A stretch of 64,000 nucleotides of DNA from Gammaproteobacteria bacterium (lineage in GTDB: Bacteria > Pseudomonadota > Gammaproteobacteria > SZUA-229): the NCBI GenBank assembly GCA_015488295.1, contig WFOC01000058.1, positions 22,507-86,506 on the forward strand, in the 5' to 3' direction. The translations under genes and the position numbers were made by a program. Numbering within the stretch: position 1 is the first letter of the stretch; each line of letters starts with the position of its first letter. Below, piece by piece: positions 28,114 through 37,769 of the stretch. The notes below the pieces were generated by a model. The model was given only the letters and a program-made list of their open reading frames with translations. It did not search any database and was not told the origin of the DNA.

Positions 28114-30066
28114 ATGATCCCTGAACTTGGACACTTCGCTTTAATCATTGCTTTTGCTATTGCCGTTGTGCAGAGCATCGTACCGCTAATCGGTGCGGCC
28201 AGAAACCAGGCTGCATTAATTTCTATGGCAAAGCCGGCGGCGTTGGCGCAACTTTTATTTGTCAGTCTGGCGTATGCAGCGCTTACTCACGCATTTATCG
28301 TGCATGACTTTTCGGTGTTATATGTGTCGCAGCATTCAAATATGGTGCAGCCGTTAATGTATCGTATTTCCGGTGTATGGGGTTCGCATGAAGGCTCTTT
28401 ATTGTTGTGGGGGCTGATTCTTGCGCTGTGGTCGGTGGCAGTCGCGGTGTACAGTAAAAATCTGCCAGAAATTTTAATGGCGCGGGTGCTGGCGGTAATG
28501 GGTATGATCAGCGTGGGTTTCATCGCGTTTATGTTGTTCACCTCCAACCCTTTCGAACGTATTTTTCCTGTGCCGCTTGATGGCAGTGAATTAAATCCAA
28601 TGTTGCAGGACCCGGGTTTGATTTTTCATCCGCCATTGTTATACATGGGTTATGTCGGTTTTTCGGTGGCCTTTGCTTTTGCAGTCGCGGCGTTGCTTGG
28701 TGGTAAGCTGGATGCGACCTGGGCGCGCTGGTCGCGTCCGTGGACAACCATTGCCTGGAGTTTTTTGACCCTCGGTATCGCGCTAGGTAGCTGGTGGGCT
28801 TATAACGAACTCGGCTGGGGTGGCTGGTGGTTCTGGGATCCGGTTGAGAATGCCTCATTTATGCCGTGGCTGGTTGGTACCGCGTTGATTCACTCGCTGG
28901 CAAGCACCGAAAAGCGCGGCGTGTTCAAAAGCTGGACCGTGTTGCTGGCTATTCTGGCTTTTTCCTTGAGTCTGCTGGGCATGTTCATCGTGCGTTCCGG
29001 GGTGCTGGTTTCGGTGCATGCCTTTGCGACTGATCCGGCGCGTGGTGTCTTTATTCTTGTTTTCCTGATAGTGGTTGTCGGTGGTTCGCTGGCCTTATAT
29101 GCATGGCGTTCTGCGACCGTGGTCAGCTTCGGGCGTTTTCAGTGGTTTTCGCGAGAGACAGCGTTGCTGTTAAATAACATTATTTTCCTCACAGCGGCTA
29201 CGGCGGTACTTGTCGGTACGATGTATCCGCTGGTGGTTGATGCTTTTGGCCTGGGTAAGATTTCTGTTGGCCGGCCTTATTTCGATACCATGTTTGCGCT
29301 GGTTGCGATTCCGCTTTTATTACTGTTGGGCGCTGGACCCAGCATCCGCTGGAAAGGGGATAGCTGGTCACGCGTTGCCAGTAGTTACGCGGCATATTTC
29401 ATGATATCGCTGGTTGTGGGTCTGTTGATTCCATTTTTGATTGAAGACAAGTTAAATATTGCCACGGGTCTGGGTCTGGCGGGGGCGCTATGGGTGGCCT
29501 TGACGGCATTGAGAGATCTGTTTCAGCGAATATCGCGCAAGCTGAAACTGTCGGCATCTTTCCTTGGCATGGTGATGGCGCACTTTGGTGTAGCGGTTTT
29601 TGTAGCGGGTGTCACCGTCACCATGACTTATAGTGAAGAAAAAGATTTGCGTATGGTACCGGGCAGCAGTTACACCATTTCAGGTTATGACTTCCACTTC
29701 AAGGGCACCCGAAAAGTACAGGGGCCGAACTATCTTGCCGATGAAGCTGTTATCGAGATCTGGAAGGAGGGCAAGAGGATAGGTGAGTTGTTGCCACAAA
29801 AACGTGTTTACACCGGCAAGAGTAACCCAATGACCGATGCTTCTATTGATATAGCCTTTACTCGAGACCTGTATGCGGCATTAGGTGAAGAGCTTGAGGG
29901 CGGTGCCTGGAGTATGCGGGTGTATTACAAACCGTTGATCCGCTGGATATGGCTGGGAACTCTTTTTATGACCTTCGGTGGTGTGCTGGCGGTAAGTGAT
30001 CGACGTTACCGTCAGACCATAAAGCAGAAGCTGACAGGAAAAGCGCCGGCGGCTGCCAGCGCCTAA
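28114..30066 (+). CDS. ccmF: Cytochrome c haem lyase subunit CcmF
   Basis: 650-aa polytopic protein with WWD motif WWAYNELGWGGWWFWDPVENAS. Confidence 0.95.
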   Translation: MIPELGHFALIIAFAIAVVQSIVPLIGAARNQAALISMAKPAALAQLLFVSLAYAALTHAFIVHDFSVLYVSQHSNMVQPLMYRISGVWGSHEGSLLLWGLILALWSVAVAVYSKNLPEILMARVLAVMGMISVGFIAFMLFTSNPFERIFPVPLDGSELNPMLQDPGLIFHPPLLYMGYVGFSVAFAFAVAALLGGKLDATWARWSRPWTTIAWSFLTLGIALGSWWAYNELGWGGWWFWDPVENASFMPWLVGTALIHSLASTEKRGVFKSWTVLLAILAFSLSLLGMFIVRSGVLVSVHAFATDPARGVFILVFLIVVVGGSLALYAWRSATVVSFGRFQWFSRETALLLNNIIFLTAATAVLVGTMYPLVVDAFGLGKISVGRPYFDTMFALVAIPLLLLLGAGPSIRWKGDSWSRVASSYAAYFMISLVVGLLIPFLIEDKLNIATGLGLAGALWVALTALRDLFQRISRKLKLSASFLGMVMAHFGVAVFVAGVTVTMTYSEEKDLRMVPGSSYTISGYDFHFKGTRKVQGPNYLADEAVIEIWKEGKRIGELLPQKRVYTGKSNPMTDASIDIAFTRDLYAALGEELEGGAWSMRVYYKPLIRWIWLGTLFMTFGGVLAVSDRRYRQTIKQKLTGKAPAAASA

Positions 30067-30136
30067 GAGGCGAATCCTGAAGTGTTATTTTTTACGTATA
30101 AAATTTTAAGAAAAACAGTTACCGGTAGACGCTCGT

Positions 30137-30676
30137 ATGGAAAATAACCAGCCTTCGATGATGAAACGTTTTATGCCACTGATAGTCTTTGTGGCACTGA
30201 CCGTATTGCTTGGCATTGGTTTGACGCTTAACCCCCGTGAAGTGCCTTCACCTTTGATTGGTAAGCCGGCACCGGAGTTTGATCTGCCGCTGTTGTTGAG
30301 TGAAGGCAGGTTTACCAACAAAGACCTTATCGGTCAGGTAACGCTGGTTAATGTTTGGGCCAGCTGGTGCTTTGCCTGTCGGCAGGAGCATGAAACAGTT
30401 AAATACCTCAGCCGTAACGGTGTGCGTATTATCGGTTTGAATTATAAGGATGAGCCGGACGATGCAAAGAACTGGCTGGCGACATTAGGTAATCCGTATC
30501 AGGCTGTTGCCGTTGATTACAGCGGGCGTATATCAATTGATTGGGGTGTTTATGGCGCACCGGAGACTTTTTTGATTGATAAGCAGGGCATCATCCGCCA
30601 TAAGGTTATCGGGCCGCTGTCTGATAAGGAAAAATACGACGAATTGATGTCGGTGATGAATTCTCTCGAAAAGTAG
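30137..30676 (+). CDS. ccmG: Thiol:disulfide oxidoreductase CcmG/DsbE
   Basis: Membrane anchor plus thioredoxin fold with WASWCFACRQE (CxxC). GVYGAPETFLID block. Confidence 0.9.
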   Translation: MENNQPSMMKRFMPLIVFVALTVLLGIGLTLNPREVPSPLIGKPAPEFDLPLLLSEGRFTNKDLIGQVTLVNVWASWCFACRQEHETVKYLSRNGVRIIGLNYKDEPDDAKNWLATLGNPYQAVAVDYSGRISIDWGVYGAPETFLIDKQGIIRHKVIGPLSDKEKYDELMSVMNSLEK

Positions 30677-31158
30677 TGAACCCTATGTATAACATCCTCT
30701 CAAAATTAATTTTGTTGATAGTACTATCATGTTCTTTTCATGTGGTTGCAGCGCCTGTTGAAATTTTTCAGTTTGATTCCCCGGAAAAAGAGAAAATTTT
30801 TCACAAGTTAAGTGAAGAGTTACGTTGTCTGGTTTGTCAGAACCAGAGCGTTGCAGAATCAAATGCAGACCTGGCGAAAGATCTTCGCCTGGAAATTTAT
30901 ACCATGTTGCAAAAAGGAAAGACAGAAGACGAGATCGTCAGTTTTATGGTAGACCGTTATGGTGATTATGTTTTATATCGGCCGCCGTTTGAACCGATGA
31001 CCTGGTTGTTGTGGTTCGGCCCCGTTGTTATCTTTTTTTTCGGAATGATTTTTGTTGTGCGTTATATGAAGGCGCAAAATTTAAGCAAGCAGGTGGAAAG
31101 TTTGAGTAAAGAAGACATTGAGCGTATAAAAAATTTACATGCAGGACAGGATAAATAA
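30676..31158 (+). CDS. ccmH: Cytochrome c maturation protein CcmH
   Basis: LRCLVCQNQS (LRCxxC) motif and a C-terminal TM helix. Confidence 0.85.
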   Translation: MNPMYNILSKLILLIVLSCSFHVVAAPVEIFQFDSPEKEKIFHKLSEELRCLVCQNQSVAESNADLAKDLRLEIYTMLQKGKTEDEIVSFMVDRYGDYVLYRPPFEPMTWLLWFGPVVIFFFGMIFVVRYMKAQNLSKQVESLSKEDIERIKNLHAGQDK

Positions 31159-32492
31159 TGAATATTACGTTCTGGGTTTTAATGATTTTAATGTTGCTGA
31201 TAGCTATCGGCATGTTGGTGTATCCCCTGTTAAAAGCACGGCAGTATTCAGCGCTGGCATACAGAGACAGCAACTTAACGATTAATGATGAAAAGATTCA
31301 GGAGCTGGATCTTGATTTGCAGGAAGGTCGTATAGATCAGCAATACTATAAAGCGGCGCGAGAAGAACTCGATAGAGAGTTGTTGATCGATATTCCGGCG
31401 GAGAGCAAAGAAACCGCAGGCGAACATTACACCAATGCTGCCAAACGTCACCCGGCGCTGGCGCTGATGATCTCGGTTTTTATACCGATGATAGCGCTAT
31501 TGCTTTATCTTGATCTGGGTGTGTACGATGCCAGCGATGAAGCCTTTATGGCCAGTCAGAAGCAACAACCGGTTGACAAGCAGCCGTCAATTGAAGAGAT
31601 GACGCGTAAGCTGGAAGCGAAGATTGCAAAAGAAGGCGGTTCCGTAAGAGAGTGGATCATGCTTGCCCGCTCGCACAAATATCTGGGTGAGAATGCACTG
31701 GCAGCAAAAGCTTTTGCTGTTGCCCTGGAACAGGATGCAGAGAACGCACAGCTGATGCTGGAGCTTGCGGAAGTTCTGGCGTTAAACAACAGTCGCGTGT
31801 TTAGTGATGAGGCCAGAGCGCTGGTACTGAAAGCGCAAGAGCTGGAACCGGATAACCCGAATACACTCTGGTTTGCCGGTGTCGCAGAATTCCAGCGTGG
31901 AAATCATCACAAAGCCATTGCGCATTTGACAAAACTGCTGCCTCTGGCAGGTGGTGATGTTGAAGTGATGAAGTCAGTTATTTCTGTTATTGCTAAATCA
32001 CGGCAGGCAATAGTTGATGCTGGTGAGGAAATGCCTGAGCTCGAAAAAATGATCGGGCTGGAGCATATGATGGCTGAAGCTAACGTTGCGAGCGCAGCCG
32101 CTTCCATGAAGCCGGCTGAAAAACCGGCGGCAGCCCAAGCTTCAGAAACAAGCCTGGAAATTTTAGTTGATGTCAGTGATCAGGTCAGGCAGAAGTTTGA
32201 TGCAAATGACATTGTCTTTGTCTATGCTAAAGCAAAACAGGGGCCGCGTGTGCCGCTGGCCGCGAAGCGGCTGACGCTGGCTGAGCTACCGGCAAGCATC
32301 GTACTGGATGACAGCATGGCGATGGTCGAAGGTATGAGCATGAGTGCTTTTGATGAGCTGGTCATTTCGGCGCGAGTTTCAAAAATGGGCTCAGCTATCG
32401 CACAAAGTGGCGACTATATTGGCCAGATTGATGTCATGGATAAAACCGCCGGTAAAAAATTAAACATCGTTATTGACACGATTGTTCCTTAA
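31158..32492 (+). CDS. ccmI: Cytochrome c biogenesis TPR protein CcmI/CycH
   Basis: Two N-terminal TM helices, TPR-like middle region, and position directly after ccmH with an ATGA-type overlap. Confidence 0.75.
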   Translation: MNITFWVLMILMLLIAIGMLVYPLLKARQYSALAYRDSNLTINDEKIQELDLDLQEGRIDQQYYKAAREELDRELLIDIPAESKETAGEHYTNAAKRHPALALMISVFIPMIALLLYLDLGVYDASDEAFMASQKQQPVDKQPSIEEMTRKLEAKIAKEGGSVREWIMLARSHKYLGENALAAKAFAVALEQDAENAQLMLELAEVLALNNSRVFSDEARALVLKAQELEPDNPNTLWFAGVAEFQRGNHHKAIAHLTKLLPLAGGDVEVMKSVISVIAKSRQAIVDAGEEMPELEKMIGLEHMMAEANVASAAASMKPAEKPAAAQASETSLEILVDVSDQVRQKFDANDIVFVYAKAKQGPRVPLAAKRLTLAELPASIVLDDSMAMVEGMSMSAFDELVISARVSKMGSAIAQSGDYIGQIDVMDKTAGKKLNIVIDTIVP

Positions 32493-32542
32493 AGAAAGCA
32501 AGATAAACAATAAAACATCATTACTGAAGAGATGGAGATTAT

Positions 32543-33154
32543 ATGAAAAAGTCGCTAATATTTTTGTTACTGATGATGAGCTCGGTAGCGATACAGGCCG
32601 CAGGCTTTACCGAAGGTGTTAATTATAAAAAAGTTGCACCACAGTCAACCGACACCGGCTCTAAAATAGAGGTTCTGGAGTTTTTCTGGTACGGCTGTCC
32701 GCATTGCTACTCTTTTGAGCCATACATAAAAGCATGGAAGAAAACCAAGCCGGCGAACGTTGAATTTGTTCGTGTTCCCGCTATCTTTCGCCCTGACTGG
32801 GAAGTACAGGCGCGCACCTATTATGCTTTGAGTGAGATGGGCGTTATCGAGGAGCTGCACGGTAAAATATTTACCGCCATCCATAAAAACAAAAAACGCC
32901 TGAATAAAAAAGCCTCGATTACAGACTTTGTCGTGAGTAATGGTGTTGACCGCAAGAAATTTGAGGCGGCATATAATTCGTTCTCGGTAGACAGCATGGT
33001 AAGAAAGGCCAAGAAAAAACAAACGGCTTACCAGATTCAGGGTGTGCCATCTATTGCGGTCAATGGCAAATACCTGACCAGTGGTTCGATGTCGGGTTCG
33101 TATGAAAACATGATTAAAATTATGGATTACCTGATCGAAAAAGAATCAAAATAG
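32543..33154 (+). CDS. dsbA: Periplasmic thiol:disulfide oxidoreductase DsbA
   Basis: Signal peptide plus FFWYGCPHCYSFEP active site. GVPSIAVNGKY cis-Pro region. Confidence 0.9.
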   Translation: MKKSLIFLLLMMSSVAIQAAGFTEGVNYKKVAPQSTDTGSKIEVLEFFWYGCPHCYSFEPYIKAWKKTKPANVEFVRVPAIFRPDWEVQARTYYALSEMGVIEELHGKIFTAIHKNKKRLNKKASITDFVVSNGVDRKKFEAAYNSFSVDSMVRKAKKKQTAYQIQGVPSIAVNGKYLTSGSMSGSYENMIKIMDYLIEKESK

Positions 33155-33351
33155 GAATCTGAAAGGCAGGGACGCACAAATCAGCTTGTCAGCATTTCTC
33201 TGCTCAAAAACAAACAATGTGACCGGGTCAACAGCTTTACAATATGGCAGGGGCCTCCTCTTTACTTGTAATTGCAACTGAGGTAAAACCTGGTTAAGTT
33301 AAGTCGTTCGTCATTACGGATAAAAAATAAAATCACTTTGGGAGAAAAAAT

Positions 33352-33945
33352 ATGAATATGAGAACAGGAATGCCTGGTGTGGGCGCAGTAGTAATGACAC
33401 TGTTATTAGCATCATGTGGTGGTTCAGATGAAATTAAACAGGCAGCACCTGATTGTGTGTTTCCTGATGCACCAAACACGGCAGCGCCTGGTTGGGTTTG
33501 TGATGAGCCGGTTGATGGTGTGGCAGTATCGGCTGTTGGTGTGGCAGAAAAATCTGCGGCAGGTCACAGCTTCATGAAAAACATGGCGGCCACAGACGCG
33601 CGCGTACAACTGGCGCAGGCAATGAAAGTGCATGTGCAAAACATGGTGAAGCAGTATGCTGAAACCACCGGTGCCGCGGATTCCGAAACAGTTGATAAAG
33701 TAAATACTTCGGTAACAAAACAGATTACAGATGAAACACTGGTTGGTACAAAAATATTTAAAACCCGTACCAGCCCGAATGGCACACTGTATGTATTGCT
33801 TGGCATGGACGGTTCCGTTGCCGCCGCTGCAACAGAAAATGCACTGAAAACCAGCATGAATAATGATCGTGCCCTGTGGCAGCAATTCAAGGCGCAGAAA
33901 GGTCAGGACGAACTGGCGGCATCAATCGCCAATATGAAGCAGTAA
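33352..33945 (+). CDS. LPP20-family lipoprotein
   Basis: Lipobox LLASC. Body resembles the LPP20 family (PGWVCDEP...AVGVAEKS...ATDARVQLAQAMKVHVQNMVK...TLYVLLGMD). Confidence 0.7.
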   Translation: MNMRTGMPGVGAVVMTLLLASCGGSDEIKQAAPDCVFPDAPNTAAPGWVCDEPVDGVAVSAVGVAEKSAAGHSFMKNMAATDARVQLAQAMKVHVQNMVKQYAETTGAADSETVDKVNTSVTKQITDETLVGTKIFKTRTSPNGTLYVLLGMDGSVAAAATENALKTSMNNDRALWQQFKAQKGQDELAASIANMKQ

Positions 33946-33975
33946 GTTTTCTGTAGCGCAATGGTAAAATAAAAA

Positions 33976-34008
33976 CCGGCTTCCAGTTTTTGGATGCCGG
34001 TTTTTTTT
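33976..34008 (+). terminator. Rho-independent terminator after the LPP20 gene
   Basis: Stem ccggcttcca / tggatgccgg with one mismatch, followed by a run of eight T. Confidence 0.75.
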
Positions 34009-34086
34009 ATGTCTGTTGATATGCGGTGTTGCATGCATTGCTGGTATCACCACCATGTGTGATCGTAAAATTTTCAGGGAAAAATA

Positions 34087-35586
34087 ATGAACACGAAAAA
34101 AATTACCATAACGTGTCTGTTTTCAGGTTTGGCACTTTTTTGTTTTTCGGCAGGTGCAAACAGTGAGTTTCAGCAATGGATGCAGCAGCAGTCACAGGGC
34201 GTGGCCGCTCAGAAAAAAGCATTTCAGGAATATAAGGACAGGCGTGATAAAGAATTTACGGACTTTCTGAAGTCACAATGGAAAGCCGTGGATATCGTCA
34301 GGGGCAAGGTGCTTGATGATGCACCGAAACCGGATGTTATGCCGGTTGCTCCACCACCGCCTGCCGAGCCGGCACAGCTTGCACCGGTAGCTGTTAAGCC
34401 TGTGCAGCTCAATGTGCCAGAGCCGGTTATTGTAAAAGAGCCGAAGCCGGCACCATTGGTCGTGGTGCCGAAAGGGCGCTCGCTTACCATTGATTTTTTT
34501 GGTCGGCAGTTACGCTTTTATTATGATGTATCACTGAAGCAGCGTCTGGATGCGCGAATTGATAAAAATGCGGTAAGTAATTACTGGTCTGCGCTTAGTC
34601 GGGCAGAGTATGAAGACTTGCTGAAGCAGCTGGGTGCACAGAAAAAATCATTGCAGCTGAATGACTGGGCTTATGCATCACTGATTCACAAACTGGCAAA
34701 CGCCATTAACAATAATCACCGTAATGAAAGTGCCTTGCTGAGCTGGTTTTTACTGGCAAAATCCGGCTATCGTGCACGTATTGCTTATGATGAGCGGTCT
34801 GTTTATTTGCTGGTGCCTTCAAAGCAGGAGATGTTTGAAGTTGCTTACTTTACGTTCGCCGGTGTGCGTTATTACGCTGTGGCGTTTGATGGCAGGAAGC
34901 GCAAGCCGGGCCAGGTTTTTACCTATGACGGTGAATACCCCGGCACGACAAAAGAGTTTGATATGCGGGTAACGCCGGTGGTTGCATCCAATGACAAAGA
35001 TGAGCGCCGACACCTGTCTTTCGATTTTGAAGGAAAAAAATATAACATCGAAGTAAGCTATGATCGTGGCCGGGTAAAATTTTTCAGTACGTACCCGCAG
35101 TTGAATCTGGACCTGTATTTTTCTTCCGGTGTTTATCAGCAGACAGCCAGCCCCCTGCAGAAGCAGTTGGCAGCGCACATGCAGGGCATGTCCGAGCAAC
35201 AGGCGGTCAATTTTTTATTGCGTTTTGTGCAAACAGCGCTGAAATACGAAACGGATGAGCAGCAGTTTGGTGAAGAGAATTATCTGTTTCCGGAAGAAAC
35301 CCTGTTCTATCCCTATTCAGACTGTGAAGATCGCGCGGTGTTGTTCGCCTGGCTGGTTCATAGTCTGTTGAATTTGCAGGTGGTTGGTCTTGATTACCCC
35401 GGGCATGTCGCCACGGCTGTGCGTTTTAATGAAAATGTGGCGGGCGATAGCGTGCGTTATCAGGGCAAGCGTTTTGTGGTGGCCGACCCGACGTACATCA
35501 ACGCCAGTGTTGGCATGACTATGCCTGATTTCAAAAAATACAGACCCTCAGTTATCAGTTTTCAGGCAGAAACCGCTGTGCAATAG
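34087..35586 (+). CDS. Secreted protein with a proline-rich linker and a C-terminal transglutaminase-like (Cys-His-Asp) domain
   Basis: Signal peptide ...FCFSAGA|NS. Linker PVAPPPPAEPAQLAPVAVKP...KEPKPAP. Putative triad in YSDCEDRAVLF, YPGHVATAV, VVADPTY. Confidence 0.5.
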   Translation: MNTKKITITCLFSGLALFCFSAGANSEFQQWMQQQSQGVAAQKKAFQEYKDRRDKEFTDFLKSQWKAVDIVRGKVLDDAPKPDVMPVAPPPPAEPAQLAPVAVKPVQLNVPEPVIVKEPKPAPLVVVPKGRSLTIDFFGRQLRFYYDVSLKQRLDARIDKNAVSNYWSALSRAEYEDLLKQLGAQKKSLQLNDWAYASLIHKLANAINNNHRNESALLSWFLLAKSGYRARIAYDERSVYLLVPSKQEMFEVAYFTFAGVRYYAVAFDGRKRKPGQVFTYDGEYPGTTKEFDMRVTPVVASNDKDERRHLSFDFEGKKYNIEVSYDRGRVKFFSTYPQLNLDLYFSSGVYQQTASPLQKQLAAHMQGMSEQQAVNFLLRFVQTALKYETDEQQFGEENYLFPEETLFYPYSDCEDRAVLFAWLVHSLLNLQVVGLDYPGHVATAVRFNENVAGDSVRYQGKRFVVADPTYINASVGMTMPDFKKYRPSVISFQAETAVQ

Positions 35587-35610
35587 AAAGTCGATGAGTC
35601 AGCCTTGTTG

Positions 35611-36786
35611 TTAATGGGTTTGGTAGTCAATGCTGATCCGCTCTCCAGCAACGGGCCTGAATAAGGTGTCTGCAAATGCGACATGCAGAGGGTGGTTTTT
35701 ATAGCTTTCAATAACCGCGTCGTGGCAGAAGCGAACAAGCCAGGTGTAGCGATATGAGGCCTCGTCCTGAATGGCGTGACCGGTGACAACTTCAAGCACG
35801 CCGGGAATTTTCCCCAGGGTTTTTTTGCCTTCTTCGATCATGGCCAGGGTCTCGTCTTCCGTGATGCCGTGAACATTATAGATAATCAGATGTTCCACCG
35901 GTTTCCAGGCTTTACAGTGAGCGTTAAGCTGATCAGCGCGACCACTACTGCCCCAGAGTCTGATGCAACGCTCAACCTCGGTGCTGATAGCTTCTTTTAT
36001 GCCGCTGGTTAAATTTGTATAGCCATTAGCGGTGCTGTCTTGAGTGTTTTTACGAATGCGTGAACCTGCAGCATCGGCCAGCGAAGTGTAATAGTTGATC
36101 TTGCTCACGCCGCGCTCGATGAGCTGTTTGAACTGCTCGTCGCTCAGGCCGGTGCCGCCATGAATAACCAGGGGAATGTGAACCGCTTCATTGATCTCCT
36201 GAAGTCGCTGGAAATCCAGTTCAGGTTTGCCCTGCATGCGACCATGAACTGTGCCGATAGAAACAGCAAGAAAATCCACGCCGGTTTGTTCAACATAGCT
36301 TTTTGCCTCGTTAACCGTGGTGTAGGCGATTTCACCGGGATGTCTTTCAGCGTCTTCGCCTTCAATGCCGGGGACATAACCCAGCTCGCCTTCAACCGGA
36401 ACCCCGCAGGCCTGCGCCATTTCAACAATACTGCGAGTCAGTTGTATATTGTCTGTAAGTGACTGGCTGGAAGAATCGATCATTACCCCGTTGCAGCCGA
36501 GGCGGATGCCAGTAACAGCGGATGCCAGTGATTCGCCATGATCGAGATGAATGGCAACAGGGATGCTGGTGTTTCGTGCCGCTGTGACCACGGCAGACAT
36601 GATGATCTCAAAATTAAAGTATTCAAAATGGGACTCAGCCAGGCTTAGTATCACCGGTGCGTCGCAGCGTTCGGCGGCACTGATAATGCCCTCCAGAAAA
36701 TCCAGGCTGACCAGGTCAAAAGCACCTACCGCATAGCCGTGCTGGTAGGCATGGTTGAGCATATCTCGCATATTAACTAATGGCAT
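35611..36786 (-). CDS. Class II ketose-bisphosphate (fructose/tagatose) aldolase fused to a C-terminal Dabb (stress-responsive alpha/beta-barrel) domain
   Basis: The N-terminal ~285 aa has class II aldolase blocks (GYAVGAFD, PVAIHLDHG, VMIDSS, LVIHGGTG). The C-terminal ~100 aa (HLIIYNVHG...EEGKKTLGKIPGVLEVVTGH...YTWLVRFCHDAVIESYKNHPLHVAF) looks like a Dabb domain. Confidence 0.8.
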   Translation of the reverse strand: MPLVNMRDMLNHAYQHGYAVGAFDLVSLDFLEGIISAAERCDAPVILSLAESHFEYFNFEIIMSAVVTAARNTSIPVAIHLDHGESLASAVTGIRLGCNGVMIDSSSQSLTDNIQLTRSIVEMAQACGVPVEGELGYVPGIEGEDAERHPGEIAYTTVNEAKSYVEQTGVDFLAVSIGTVHGRMQGKPELDFQRLQEINEAVHIPLVIHGGTGLSDEQFKQLIERGVSKINYYTSLADAAGSRIRKNTQDSTANGYTNLTSGIKEAISTEVERCIRLWGSSGRADQLNAHCKAWKPVEHLIIYNVHGITEDETLAMIEEGKKTLGKIPGVLEVVTGHAIQDEASYRYTWLVRFCHDAVIESYKNHPLHVAFADTLFRPVAGERISIDYQTH

Positions 36787-36851
36787 GATCGTTTCCGCGT
36801 GTAATTTAAGGGTCAGGGGTAAGTGAGTATAAGTCTCTGATTATCAGAAAC

Positions 36852-36888
36852 AAGCTGCCCGCTACCGGGCAAACATCATAGGCAGCTT
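36852..36888 (-). terminator. Hairpin downstream of tRNA-Arg, possibly a weak terminator
   Basis: aagctgcc (36852-36859) pairs with ggcagctt (36881-36888). An inner gcccg/cgggc hairpin (36857-36870) competes with it. On the minus strand the stem is followed by gtttct only. Confidence 0.35.
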
Positions 36889-37016
36889 TGGCGACCAATA
36901 AAAGTCGAATGTAATTGATATTATATTCGAAGAAAACGAAGTGGTTGTGGTGCTGTGCCGGGTAAGCGGAGGATGGCATCAGACAAGGTCTGCCCCATCC
37001 AGGCGGAAAAGTTAAG

Positions 37017-37093
37017 TGGCGCGCCCGACAGGATTCGAACCTGTGACCTTCGGTGTCGGAGACCGATATTCTATCCAGCTGAACTACGGGCGC
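37017..37093 (-). tRNA. tRNA-Arg (anticodon CCG)
   Basis: The reverse complement folds as a 77-nt cloverleaf. Acceptor GCGCCCG/CGGGCGC, anticodon stem TCGGT/ACCGA with loop CT-CCG-AC, T-arm ACAGG-TTCGAAT-CCTGT, encoded CCA. Confidence 0.95.
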
Positions 37094-37498
37094 AAAAAAG
37101 AGCGTGTGATTTTAGCACGTCTTTTCAAGCCGGCTTAGTGGTTCATAACAATCCGTTATAAATAGTTTTTGTGTTGCCGGGTCGGGTATGGCGATATCCG
37201 GGGCGTTTTTTTTGCGTGAGAGGTATAACCGTCAAAATACTTTACGGTTTATTTACTGTATTCTTATATGGTGATGAAAGTGGAGTGATTTTGGTCGGAA
37301 TATTTTACGCTTTTTGGAAAAACAGGTTATAAATTGGCTATTGTTTGCGCATCTTGATAATTTTTGGCTGGTTTTTGGAGGGTCGCTGTAAAAAACACAT
37401 TTTTTTGTGTCGATATTCATTACACTTTTGCATGTTTTTTGAGTGTGAAAAGAGGGCTTTTTTTGATAGGTGCTGGTTTTACAAGTGTTTACAAGTTT

Positions 37499-37514
37499 TG
37501 GCACAGAACGTGCT
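37499..37514 (+). promoter_or_regulatory. Candidate sigma-54 promoter heading the EPS/PEP-CTERM locus
   Basis: TGGCACagaacGTGCT has the -24 GG and -12 GC correctly spaced, with one deviation (G for T) in the -12 box. It is abutted upstream by the direct repeat TTTACAAGT (37478-37486 and 37488-37496). Confidence 0.45.
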
Positions 37515-37652
37515 TTATGTTGGTTGTTTAAAACAATTCTTATTTAAATAGTGAAGCAGGCTGGATAAAGAATCTGTGCATTTTTAGAAATCACGCTTCA
37601 CTGGCAGGCTTTACTAGCAGATTTAATTTTTTATAACCAAGGGAGATATACC

Positions 37653-37769
37653 ATGGAACAAAATTCAAATGATGTCCACGGACATGAAGATACAAAAAAA
37701 CTATCGTTTGTTATCGTGTTTTTATCAATATTCGTTGCCGTATTGTTCGGTCTGGCACCAGTAGTATAA
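37653..37769 (+). CDS. Candidate 38-aa single-TM micro-protein
   Basis: AAGGGAG lies 6-7 nt before the ATG. Sequence is MEQNSNDVHGHEDTKKLSFVIVFLSIFVAVLFGLAPVV: polar head, KK, then a 20-residue helix. It is below the ORF-track size cut-off. Confidence 0.35.
   Translation: MEQNSNDVHGHEDTKKLSFVIVFLSIFVAVLFGLAPVV

Noticed and set aside
36955-37161. 68-aa ORF overlapping the tRNA-Arg gene, and the AT-rich ORFs at 37253-37504 (-) and 37345-37551 (+).
   Set aside because: The first is simply the opposite strand of a tRNA. The others are low-complexity Lys/Phe/Cys-rich frames in an AT-rich promoter region without RBSs.
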